Assembly (NCBI GenBank): GCA_018817165.1
Contig: JAHITY010000061.1
Coordinates: 1,733-65,732 of the forward strand
Direction: 5' to 3'
DNA: 64,000 nt
Origin: Candidatus Omnitrophota bacterium
GTDB taxonomy: Bacteria; Omnitrophota; Gorgyraeia; B26-G9
Positions within the stretch are counted from its first letter, which is position 1. The number at the start of each line of letters is the position of its first letter. Under the pieces are notes generated by a model that was not told the DNA's origin, made no database searches, and saw only the letters and a list, made by a program, of their open reading frames with translations. The translations under genes and the position numbers were made by a program. Shown piece by piece: positions 51,591 through 60,829 of the stretch.

Positions 51591-51871
51591 AATAAAGGGT
51601 AGGAATAATTATTTAGGCGGGTTTGAATCCTGATTTTGATAGGACTGGCAAAATCAGAGATTCATCCTCGGAGTCCCGCACGATGCGGGACGAGAATGAG
51701 CCAAAATGATTGATTCCGGACCGAGTGATAAGCCGATTTTGTTTTCAGTATTGCGTATTGAGTATTGCGTGTGAAAAGCAGGAAAAAGTTAACGTATTTA
51801 CGCGTTGAAAAGTATTTTATTTTTAACTCATGCACGCGCTAACGCGCAAACTGGTTAACGGGTCATTCGTT

Positions 51872-52303
51872 TTATTGGAACCTAAGGCCTTTTACAACGT
51901 AGCGGTTGTTCTGCTTGGTAAGAAAAAGTTTTATCAGAACATCATCCTGTGTTTTATCAAAAGTCGCTTTCCAAAGCACAACAACAAGATCGTCTTTATG
52001 CAAACTGCCCATATATTCCCGATACATATAATTACCCACTGTCTGCTTAAGATATCGCGCAACTTGAAAAAATTTTGTTCTAGATCCCAGAACCTTTAAA
52101 GGTTGATCAAAATCCTTGGAATAAGCCATATAATTTTCCAACTGAACTCCTTTTAAGATATTATCCATGATCGGATCAGCTACTTCTTTCATTTCCTGGT
52201 TTGTCTTATTTCTCGGAGCAGCCTGAACATCTGAAGAATATATCGTTGGAGCTAGCAAAGTAAATAAAAACGTTATAACCATCAAGCTTCTTAAGTATTT
52301 CAT
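51872..52303 (-). CDS. Exported DUF3887-like protein
   Basis: Signal peptide; YSKDFD...GNY...WKATF...VKGLRF. Confidence 0.6.
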   Translation of the reverse strand: MKYLRSLMVITFLFTLLAPTIYSSDVQAAPRNKTNQEMKEVADPIMDNILKGVQLENYMAYSKDFDQPLKVLGSRTKFFQVARYLKQTVGNYMYREYMGSLHKDDLVVVLWKATFDKTQDDVLIKLFLTKQNNRYVVKGLRFQ

Positions 52304-52560
52304 CTTCTACTCCTTTTCATATTTCTATATAAAAAAATATTATACTTCCCCTAATTAATATTATACCCTAAAAAAAAATTTTATCCAGCTTCTAGATATG
52401 TTAATCATCCAACCCATAAACAATAAAACCATTGAATTTGGTTCTAACATAGCCTGTGATATACGCTAAATCCTCAAATATTAAAAAGATGTTCAAGTAT
52501 ATCATACAACCCTGCTTTTGCAAGAGACAGGAGCTTAAACCACAAATCGCGCCTTTAAAA

Positions 52561-52677
52561 GGTTAAGGTTACGATGCCCGTTTCGTCTTAGGGTAAAGTT
52601 ATCGGCTTAAAATTTATTCTTTTTAACCCTAACCGTTAACGTTACCGATACGGGCTTCGTTACCGCTAAACCCTACC
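52561..52677. repeat. About 120-bp imperfect palindromic intergenic repeat, copy 1
   Basis: GGTTACGATGCCCGTTTCGTCTTA...AACGTTACCGATACGGGCTTCGTTACCG; near-identical arms at 55882-56008. Confidence 0.8.
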
Positions 52678-52711
52678 TATCTGTTTTCTGCCAACCCTTT
52701 TAAAGATAATA

Positions 52712-54790
52712 CTATTCCGCTATCGACTGTATTGCTTTTTCGATCTTTTTCTCAATGCCTCTTTCCAAAAATCCCGGCAGGATTTTCTTGATTTTATCTT
52801 TAAAATCTGACTCTAACCATTTAAAATTAGGCGATTTATATAATCCAGACAATTGGAAGGCAAAGTTTACAGCAGTTGTATCATTGCGCATTAAGCCCAG
52901 TAAAAGCTGAAATTTTGATGACTGACTGAGTAAATCCCGGGCAATGCTTATTGAAAGCTGACTAGAAAGCATTTCATTGTTTTTTAAAATAAAATTTCCG
53001 GCTAAATTAATTTTTTCGCTGGATAAATCAATCTGTTCAAGCATGGCCATCTGATCAGTTATCATAAACTTAGAAGAAAGATTAGCAAAATCAACTCTAG
53101 TTAAAGCCGGTATATTAAAAAATTCCGACAGCCAGACAAAAAAACGAACATTTTCCAAAAACCCATTTTTAATTTCTAAATGTCCTTGCATCTGAGCTTG
53201 GGGATAACTATTATAAACAAGATCACAGGCAAATTTACCATCGATCTTTCCTGTCAGCTTAGCCTGAAGCTTACGATAAGCGCCAAACAAAGACAACAGC
53301 ACTGTTTCCATTTCATTAGCGCTGACATCTTCAACTTTTAACTCACACCTTGTCTTTATCGGCCTATCTGAAACATCCAAAGACACGTTACCCTCTAATT
53401 TCCCGCCATAGATATCACTATTAAATGCCGCAACCTTTAAATCTTTATTCCTTAAATCAAACAATAAATCAAAATTACTCAGAGCAAAGTCATATATTTT
53501 ATCAGCTTTATACTGCAAAATTATTTGTTTGACAAAAAGCTTAATTCGCTGATCAGGCGTCAAACCAAAGCTGGCATTATTAAATAAAGCTTTAACGATT
53601 TGTACAGAGTAGTTATTATTAGTACCCTTTAAGAATCCTATATTCATTTTCCCGTCTAAATTCCCTTTATCCACTATACAGGAAAAATCCAGATCAAGAC
53701 TTTGCGGATTATTTTTTCTTAAACTCACCGCTTGTTGGGCAAATGTTGACAAACTCAGATTAAATGCTGTTTTTTCCAGGAAATCAATATCTCCCTTTAT
53801 TTTTACCGGGATATTATTTATAACCAAAGTAGCTTGTTCTAAATTAATTTTTTTAGACGCAAACCGAACAATACAATTAATATCAAGCATATTTAAACTT
53901 GTGGGAGAAACATTGACTTTCTGCGGAATACGTTTATAGACTAAAAGATTTCTAATATATTTTATCTGCTCATTTTCTTTATTTATCGAATATTCCTGCT
54001 TATAAAAATCCTCTATAGTGGAAAATCCGCTTAAACTCAAAACACTGGCCTCCAAACTCCCTCTTAAATCAAGCTGAAACTTACCGCTGGAAAAATTAAG
54101 AGTATCGATCGAGAATCCCTTAGGAGTAATTCTTCCAAAAAAATCATACTTTACCGGCTGCTCAAAAACATTATCAGTTTGCTTTTCTTGCCCCAATGCC
54201 CGACTAAGCATCCGTAGGTTAATATCGCCATAGCTTACAATTTTAAATCCCGGACCGATTTTAAGTTTTGTATTGGCAATAATTGCCCGAGAAGCGATTC
54301 CCTTTCTTTCCAGGATATACTGCGAATCCTCCATAACGATTTTCAGCGGCCGGCCCTGAGCCAACAAATTAATTAATTCCACAATACCCTCAATGCTTTC
54401 TTTTAAAAATAGCGGGTATTCAAAAAAATCGATTTTAGGCTGGACTAAATAAATTTTAGAAATAATCAGCTGCTTTTTGGCAATAATTTCCTTTAAAGAA
54501 AATACCAGGGTTATTCTTTTAATCGCCAGGGGAAAATATTCTGAATTATGAACACTATCGTGCACAGCAACATCTTTGAGAATAATAAAGAAAGGCGGCA
54601 AATAATTGATCCTGCCGATTGTCGCAGGCTTATTTAAATATCCGCTTATTTGCTCCTCTATCTTAGACTTGTTAGCCATAAGCGCTGTTTTCACAACAAA
54701 GGAGACTAAAACAAAAAACAGAATTAATAAGGTAATTAAACCCAGCACCAGAACTGGTTTAGAAATAGACTGTTTCAAACAATGCCTCAT
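52712..54790 (-). CDS. AsmA-like (repeating beta-groove) envelope protein
   Basis: N-terminal TM, YGGKLEG, C-terminal FQLSGLYKSP, beta-rich. Confidence 0.65.
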   Translation of the reverse strand: MRHCLKQSISKPVLVLGLITLLILFFVLVSFVVKTALMANKSKIEEQISGYLNKPATIGRINYLPPFFIILKDVAVHDSVHNSEYFPLAIKRITLVFSLKEIIAKKQLIISKIYLVQPKIDFFEYPLFLKESIEGIVELINLLAQGRPLKIVMEDSQYILERKGIASRAIIANTKLKIGPGFKIVSYGDINLRMLSRALGQEKQTDNVFEQPVKYDFFGRITPKGFSIDTLNFSSGKFQLDLRGSLEASVLSLSGFSTIEDFYKQEYSINKENEQIKYIRNLLVYKRIPQKVNVSPTSLNMLDINCIVRFASKKINLEQATLVINNIPVKIKGDIDFLEKTAFNLSLSTFAQQAVSLRKNNPQSLDLDFSCIVDKGNLDGKMNIGFLKGTNNNYSVQIVKALFNNASFGLTPDQRIKLFVKQIILQYKADKIYDFALSNFDLLFDLRNKDLKVAAFNSDIYGGKLEGNVSLDVSDRPIKTRCELKVEDVSANEMETVLLSLFGAYRKLQAKLTGKIDGKFACDLVYNSYPQAQMQGHLEIKNGFLENVRFFVWLSEFFNIPALTRVDFANLSSKFMITDQMAMLEQIDLSSEKINLAGNFILKNNEMLSSQLSISIARDLLSQSSKFQLLLGLMRNDTTAVNFAFQLSGLYKSPNFKWLESDFKDKIKKILPGFLERGIEKKIEKAIQSIAE

Positions 54791-55283
54791 TAATATAAAC
54801 TTCCAAGCGATCTATAAAATATACAGCTTTATATTTTAAGCCCATGGGAGAATTATATGGATACTCTTTATATTCACTAAACAAAAGACTCAGTTGTTTA
54901 AAAGTAATCACCTTCTTTTTTAAGTCATATTCACTGCCCTGTGCTTGCATTTGTTCCATCTTTAAAAGATAAACCACCGCAAACGGCAAAGCATCTGAGC
55001 GGGGATAAAGCTCGACAAATTTAGAAAAAGATGTATAGGCATCAAAATAATTAGCGGAAGCAAAATAATACTCCCCGGTCGCGAATAAAGCATCATGATA
55101 ATATGGCGAGCTTATTGATAAGCGCAGCAAAGAATGGAACTGCATAAAACCAAAATCTCTTTCGCCTACTTTAATTGACTGTTTAGCGCTATTAAATAGC
55201 TCCGCGTCTTCCTGGGCATAACCAGACATTGGCCCTAGAATCATACTACTAGCCAAAATTAATAATAAAAAGTTTTTCTGCAT
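54759..55283 (-). CDS. Exported TPR protein (BamD/YbgF-like)
   Basis: Signal peptide, ALFATGEYYF...NY..A...F..F...YP.S. Confidence 0.6.
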   Translation of the reverse strand: MQKNFLLLILASSMILGPMSGYAQEDAELFNSAKQSIKVGERDFGFMQFHSLLRLSISSPYYHDALFATGEYYFASANYFDAYTSFSKFVELYPRSDALPFAVVYLLKMEQMQAQGSEYDLKKKVITFKQLSLLFSEYKEYPYNSPMGLKYKAVYFIDRLEVYINEALFETVYF

Positions 55284-55372
55284 CCCTTCCCCCCCCTTTA
55301 TTCTTGCGCTTATCTTTAAATATTATTATAACAAACCAAAAAACAGATTAAAAGCATTTTCCCGAAATTACG

Positions 55373-55410
55373 AAAAAAAGCCAACTCTTTTTATCTGAGC
55401 AAGAGCTGGC
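55373..55410 (-). terminator. Intrinsic terminator closing the hydrogenase operon
   Basis: GCCAGCTCTT...AAGAGTTGGC followed by T7 on the minus strand. Confidence 0.7.
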
Positions 55411-55438
55411 CTTTTAAAGTTTAAACTTATCAAACTGC

Positions 55439-55825
55439 TTATTTTTTAATATTTTCTGCTATTACCTTTAATAAAGCTTCCGGATTAATCGGCTTTTCGA
55501 TAACCGCTCTAACCGGCAGCCACTCATCATCTGGTTTAAAATCATAGGCCAGATGCATATCATTTTTAATTCCCGTGACCATAATAACCGGAATATTTTT
55601 TGTCTTCTCGTCATCTTTAAATATTCTTGCCGTATCAAACCCTTCCGTTTTATTAGTCATCATAACATCAAGTAAGATCAAGTCAGGCATTTGCTCTTGC
55701 GCAATAGTAAAACCTTCTTTACCGTTTGGCGCGGTTAAAACTTCAAAACCCTTTGACATGAGCATTGTAGAGACTGCATCCCTAAAATCACCATCATCAT
55801 CAATGATCAATAGCTTTCCTGCCAT
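55439..55825 (-). CDS. Stand-alone response regulator receiver
   Basis: LLIIDDD, LILLDVMM, VTG, EKP; probable start 55825 after AAGGAGG. Confidence 0.92.
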   Translation of the reverse strand: MAGKLLIIDDDGDFRDAVSTMLMSKGFEVLTAPNGKEGFTIAQEQMPDLILLDVMMTNKTEGFDTARIFKDDEKTKNIPVIMVTGIKNDMHLAYDFKPDDEWLPVRAVIEKPINPEALLKVIAENIKK

Positions 55826-55881
55826 AATCCCCTCCTTTATTTGAACTATCACAAAATCAAGTTTACAGTTATAGCTTTAAG

Positions 55882-56008
55882 CGGTTACGGACAGGGTTAC
55901 GATGCCCGTTTCGTCTTACGGTAAAGGCTGTGGTCTTAAAATTTATTGTTCTAAGCCTAAACCGTTGAACGTTACCGATACGGGTTTCGTTACCGTTAAA
56001 CCTTACCG
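55882..56008. repeat. About 125-bp imperfect palindromic intergenic repeat, copy 2
   Basis: Same arms and orientation as 52561-52677. Confidence 0.8.
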
Positions 56009-56085
56009 AGTGTCAACATATCTCCAATTAATAAACAATCTTGATTATAAACTTTTTATCAGATTATTGCAAGCCCAACTGCTGT

Positions 56086-57831
56086 TTATTTTTTATACAT
56101 TGGTTTTGGCGTATATCTTGTATGTAATAGTTTATGCGATTTTTCTCCTAAAGGTTTACCTAAAAACTCCTCATATAATTTGCAAACAAAAGGATTTTCA
56201 TGTGAACTGCGGATTTTAGTATCAGCATCTTCCTGATACAATCCTTGCGCTCTTTTAATCCGCAGCTTATCAGTTACCCCATAAGGTTGCCCACCGCCGC
56301 CAACACATCCGCCCGGACAAGCCATGACTTCAATAAAATGGTATGGCATCTCAGTTTTATCAGCAATTGCTTTTTCCACTTTCTTTAATACATACTCGAC
56401 ATTCCCAATACCGTGAGCAACCGCGACCTTTACTTTTGTGCCTTCAATATCAACTTCCGTTTCCTTCACACCTTCTAATCCGCGGACACTATTAAAATCC
56501 AGCTTAGCCAGTTTTTTATTAGTGACCAAACTATACGCGGTTCTAAGCGCTGCTTCCATTACTCCTCCGGTAGCGCCAAAAATTACCCCGGCTCCGGTAT
56601 AATCTCCCAGGATATGATCAGGCTGCTCATCAGATAAATTAGCAAAATCAATCCCTGCCTGCTTGATCATCCGGGCCAACTCCCTGGTCGTTAATACAAT
56701 ATCAATATCCTGATGCCCTGAAGCAAACATTTGCTCACTTCTGCTAACTTCATATTTTTTCGCGGTACAAGGCATAATTGAAATCATTTCTATTTTTGCC
56801 GGATCAATCTTATTCTTTTGAGCATAATAAGTTTTAGACAATACGCCCACCATCGCATGCGGAGATTTAGCCGTAGAAAAATACTCAATCATATCCGGAT
56901 AAAATCTTTCCATATAATCTACCCATGAAGGACAGCAAGAGGTAATCAAAGGCAGCACTCCCTTTTTATGGACAAAACGTTCGACAAATTCAGAGGCTTC
57001 TTCAACAATGGTTAAATCCGCCCCAAAAGTTGTATCAAATACCGCTTTGAAACCGAGCATTCTTAAAGCAGCATATAATTTACCGGTTAAATTTGTGCCC
57101 ACAGGAAAACCAAACGCCTCTCCGATCGCGACTCTTACTGCCGGCGCGATCTGAACCACGCAAAACTTATCGGGATTATACAAAGACTGCCAAGCTCGAT
57201 GAGTTTGATCATACTCGAAGATTGCCCCAGTCGGGCAATGCGCTGAACACTGCCCACACTTAATACACGGACTATCCGCCAAATTAATATCCCCGGCTGC
57301 TGAAATTCGGGTATTCATCCCTCTTTCTAAAAAAGATAAAGCCCAAACGTCCTGCAAATCCTGACAAACCTGAACACAACGTCCGCATAAAATACATTTT
57401 TCCGGGACCAAAGATATTGTTTTTGTAGAATCGTCTTCCGGTAAGTTTCTTAAATGATGCTTAAACGGAAATTCTCTTATTCCAAAATCACCTGCCAACT
57501 TCTGTAGCTCGCAATTATTATTTCTCCCGCACTGCAGACAATCATTAGGATGATTCGACAAAATTAATTCAATAACAGTTCTACGTGTTTCTTGCAATTC
57601 CTGATCATGCGTGATAATGTCCATGCCTTCATCCAAAGGAGTGCAGCATGAGCGCATCATTTTATTCGTACCCTTAATTTTGACAATACATATGCCGCAT
57701 GCTCCAGTCGCATGCAAATCAGGATGCTTACAAAGAGTAGGTATATTCACATTAATCAGTTTAGCGGCATCCAAAATAGTACTGCCTTTTTTTACCTGTA
57801 CATCGACATTATTAATTTTTGCTTTTATCAT
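56086..57831 (-). CDS. hndD: [FeFe]-hydrogenase catalytic subunit (HndD/HydA, group A multimeric)
   Basis: L1 TSCCPSW, L2 MPCTAKKYE, L3 EVMACPGGCVGGGGQP; N-terminal 2Fe-2S, His-ligated and 2x4Fe-4S domains. Confidence 0.95.
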   Translation of the reverse strand: MIKAKINNVDVQVKKGSTILDAAKLINVNIPTLCKHPDLHATGACGICIVKIKGTNKMMRSCCTPLDEGMDIITHDQELQETRRTVIELILSNHPNDCLQCGRNNNCELQKLAGDFGIREFPFKHHLRNLPEDDSTKTISLVPEKCILCGRCVQVCQDLQDVWALSFLERGMNTRISAAGDINLADSPCIKCGQCSAHCPTGAIFEYDQTHRAWQSLYNPDKFCVVQIAPAVRVAIGEAFGFPVGTNLTGKLYAALRMLGFKAVFDTTFGADLTIVEEASEFVERFVHKKGVLPLITSCCPSWVDYMERFYPDMIEYFSTAKSPHAMVGVLSKTYYAQKNKIDPAKIEMISIMPCTAKKYEVSRSEQMFASGHQDIDIVLTTRELARMIKQAGIDFANLSDEQPDHILGDYTGAGVIFGATGGVMEAALRTAYSLVTNKKLAKLDFNSVRGLEGVKETEVDIEGTKVKVAVAHGIGNVEYVLKKVEKAIADKTEMPYHFIEVMACPGGCVGGGGQPYGVTDKLRIKRAQGLYQEDADTKIRSSHENPFVCKLYEEFLGKPLGEKSHKLLHTRYTPKPMYKK

Positions 57832-57834
57832 GGC

Positions 57835-59583
57835 TTACTCCCGTATTACCGCGTCAAATTTACACACATCAAAACATTTACCGCATTTGATACATAGTTC
57901 TTGGTTAATAATATATTCCTTATTTTCATTCTTCGGTATCGCATTTACCGGACAGTCTCTCGAACACATCCCGCAGCTTACACATTTTTCTTTAGAAATC
58001 ACAAAGCGCAATAAATCAGTACATTTTTTCGCAGCACAGCGATGATCATTAATATGCTGATCATATTCAACGCGAAAATATTTCAAGGTGGAAAGAATCG
58101 GATTTGGCGCTGTTTGACCCAATCCGCACAAAGAAGCTTTTTTAACCGAATTACAGATATTTTCCAGTTTTAGCAGATCGCCCTGACTGGCTTTTCCACG
58201 AGAAATATCCTTAAGATAGTTTAACATCTGAAAACCGCCGATTCGGCAAGGCGCGCATTTACCACATGATTCATCAACACAAAAACGCAGATAAAACTTG
58301 GCAATATCCACCATGCAATCATCTTCATCCAGAACGATCATTCCGCCTGAACCCATAATTGAACCGAGCTTTTGAAGATTTTCATAATCAACCGGAGTAT
58401 CGAGAAATTCCTTGGGAATTACCCCGCCCGATGGACCGCCGGTTTGAACAGCTTTTAATTTTTTATCTTCAAATACGCCGCCGCCGATTTCATAAACAAT
58501 CTCACGGATTGTAATCCCCATCGGCACTTCAATTAAGCCGGAATTTTTAACCTTACCGGTCAAAGCAAATACCTTAGTCCCCTTAGAAGTCGCGCTGCCG
58601 ATAGCAGCAAACCATTTCGCCCCTTTTAATAATATCACCGCGATATTCGCCAATGTTTCCACATTATTAATAACTGTTGGCTTTCCCCATAATCCTTTGA
58701 TTGAAGGATACGGCGGACGAGGAGTCGGACAACCTCTTTTACCTTCGATTGAAGCAATCAAAGCCGTCTCTTCACCACAAACAAAAGCGCCCGCTCCCAA
58801 ACGGATATCCAAATCAAAATTAAAATCACTGCCCAGAATATTTTCACCTAAAAGGCCATATTCCCGCGCTTGCTCAATTGCTTTCTGAACTCTTTCAATT
58901 GCCAATGGATATTCCGCGCGAATATAAAAATAGCCTTTATCCGCTCCGATAGCAAAGCCGCCGATAATCATACCTTCAATAACTGAATGCGGATCGCCTT
59001 CTAAAACACTCCGATCCATGTACGCTCCGGGATCACCTTCATCCGCGTTACAGATTATATATTTCTGATCAGCCTCAGTACGCCGCGCGAAATTCCATTT
59101 AGTTGCCGTAGGAAAACCTCCGCCGCCTCTGCCCCTTAAGCCGCTTATTTTCAGCTGCGCGATAACCTCTTCCGGAGAAGAATCAAAGATCACCCTTGAT
59201 AATGCTTGATAACCATCTAGAGCAATATAATCATCAATGTTTTCCGGATCAATTATCCCGCAATTACGTAAAACAATTTTTAACTGCTTGGGATTATCCT
59301 CGAGTACCGACTCTTTAAGCGTTTTATTTTTCTTAATCACTTCACTAACAAGCTCAGCAATCGCGGTTTCATCGCTAATTTTATAGATAATATTTTCCGG
59401 TAAAATTTTTACAATAACTCCCTGACCATAAATACCCAGTTCAGCAACCCGGATAACCTGTACTTGTCCGTCTAGCTTTTCTTCGGACAAAACGCTAGTG
59501 ATCATATCCGCGTAATCAGCCTCACGCTGCTTTCCATCAGTATCACAGACCAATATTATTTTTTTATCATTTTTTCCGCTCAT
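57835..59583 (-). CDS. hndC: NuoF-like FMN/NAD(H)-binding subunit (HndC/HydB)
   Basis: GLRGRGGGGFP, NADEGDPG, GEETALI, ESCGKCAPCRIG, C-terminal 2x4Fe-4S. Confidence 0.93.
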   Translation of the reverse strand: MSGKNDKKIILVCDTDGKQREADYADMITSVLSEEKLDGQVQVIRVAELGIYGQGVIVKILPENIIYKISDETAIAELVSEVIKKNKTLKESVLEDNPKQLKIVLRNCGIIDPENIDDYIALDGYQALSRVIFDSSPEEVIAQLKISGLRGRGGGGFPTATKWNFARRTEADQKYIICNADEGDPGAYMDRSVLEGDPHSVIEGMIIGGFAIGADKGYFYIRAEYPLAIERVQKAIEQAREYGLLGENILGSDFNFDLDIRLGAGAFVCGEETALIASIEGKRGCPTPRPPYPSIKGLWGKPTVINNVETLANIAVILLKGAKWFAAIGSATSKGTKVFALTGKVKNSGLIEVPMGITIREIVYEIGGGVFEDKKLKAVQTGGPSGGVIPKEFLDTPVDYENLQKLGSIMGSGGMIVLDEDDCMVDIAKFYLRFCVDESCGKCAPCRIGGFQMLNYLKDISRGKASQGDLLKLENICNSVKKASLCGLGQTAPNPILSTLKYFRVEYDQHINDHRCAAKKCTDLLRFVISKEKCVSCGMCSRDCPVNAIPKNENKEYIINQELCIKCGKCFDVCKFDAVIRE

Positions 59584-59584
59584 C

Positions 59585-59935
59585 TTACTTACCCTTTACG
59601 TTATAAATGTGATCATTTAATAATTTTTTATTAGCAACATGTCTTTCAATAATTTCAATCGCGCTTTTTTTATCAACATTACCATATATAACCTGCGGCA
59701 CGCCATCAATACAAACCTCAACTAATGGCTCAGCATAACATTTGCCGGCACAGCCGCATTGACCAACCGTAACAGCTAAATTGCGTTTCTTTACTTCCTG
59801 TTTTATAGTTTCTAATACAATATCCGCGCCCGCGGCAATCCCGCAAGTACTCATTCCAACTTTAATCCAGTTGTTTCTTGGCTTTGCATGCTCCTGCTTG
59901 ATTTTGTTTAAAGTTTCCCTTGTCAGCTTACTCAT
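59585..59935 (-). CDS. hndB: Thioredoxin-like [2Fe-2S] subunit (HndB)
   Basis: VGMSTCGIAAGA, GCAGKCYAEPLVEV; probable start 59935. Confidence 0.88.
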   Translation of the reverse strand: MSKLTRETLNKIKQEHAKPRNNWIKVGMSTCGIAAGADIVLETIKQEVKKRNLAVTVGQCGCAGKCYAEPLVEVCIDGVPQVIYGNVDKKSAIEIIERHVANKKLLNDHIYNVKGK

Positions 59936-60806
59936 TATTCTTGCTCCCTTCTTTAACATAAAGTGACAGAATGTCCATTACTTCTTTGGTCTTAACCTTT
60001 CCATACACTTTACTTCCAATTGTAATTACCGGAGCTAAACCGCAGCATCCTAAACATCTAACAACCTGAAGATGAAATAATTTATCCGGCGTTGTCTGCT
60101 CTTCTTCAACATGTAATATCCTTTTAAGCTCTGATAATATTTTAGGAGCGCCTTTTAAATAACAAGCAGTACCCATGCATACAGAAATTGTATTTTTTCC
60201 CGGAGCCTCAAGTTTAAAATAATTATAAAAAGTTAAAACTTCATAAATACTCGCCATGGGAACTCCCAAAATCCTCGACAATTCAAATGATACATTGCGC
60301 GGAACATAACCATAATGATTCTGAATCTCATGCAAGATCATAACCAGATTGCCTTTTTTACCCTTCCACTTATCCGCTAATATTTCTAATTCATTCACTG
60401 TTTTTAGATGATCTTGAGAATTAAGCTTAATGCATTTTCCTACTATTTTAAGCAATGATTCTGGTTTTACCGGTTTTTCCAGCACAGTTATTACTGGTAA
60501 AGATTTATCATTCGCCCGCAGCTCAAAAGGAAAATTCATTTCCTTATGCGCTCCAGTAATCATTATAATCGGAATTTCACGGCTTGCAGCATCAGCCGCG
60601 ATTGCCTTGGCAATATCCGCACCTTCGGTTTTATAGCTCATCATCATATCCAGCAATATCAGATCCGGGGAATCCTGCTTTACCTTAGAAAACCCCTCTT
60701 GCCCGCTAGCCGCAGTAGTTACCTTATATCCGTTTGCTTCCAATAAAAGCTGTGTGGCTTCGCTAAAATCCTGATCATCATCAACAATAAGTATCCTCGC
60801 ACCCAT
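59928..60806 (-). CDS. Receiver domain fused to a NuoE-like [2Fe-2S] subunit (REC-HndA)
   Basis: N-terminal ILIVDDD/LLDMMM/ITG/EKP; C-terminal TFYNYF, VCMGTACYLKG, RCLGCCGLAP. Confidence 0.92.
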   Translation of the reverse strand: MGARILIVDDDQDFSEATQLLLEANGYKVTTAASGQEGFSKVKQDSPDLILLDMMMSYKTEGADIAKAIAADAASREIPIIMITGAHKEMNFPFELRANDKSLPVITVLEKPVKPESLLKIVGKCIKLNSQDHLKTVNELEILADKWKGKKGNLVMILHEIQNHYGYVPRNVSFELSRILGVPMASIYEVLTFYNYFKLEAPGKNTISVCMGTACYLKGAPKILSELKRILHVEEEQTTPDKLFHLQVVRCLGCCGLAPVITIGSKVYGKVKTKEVMDILSLYVKEGSKNNE

Positions 60807-60829
60807 ATTTATTCCTTTCTTACTTTTCT

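Noticed and set aside
52304-52560. Possible decayed ORF
   Set aside because: Stops in the frames I translated and no recognisable motif.
51400-56010. Possible CRISPR array
   Set aside because: Repeats are not regularly spaced direct repeats with unique spacers, and there are no cas genes.
55902-56219. 105-aa plus-strand ORF
   Set aside because: Made of the palindromic repeat and the antisense end of hndD.
56086-57831. Sensory (group C, HydS) hydrogenase interpretation
   Set aside because: L1-L3 motifs are canonical catalytic group A and there is no PAS domain.
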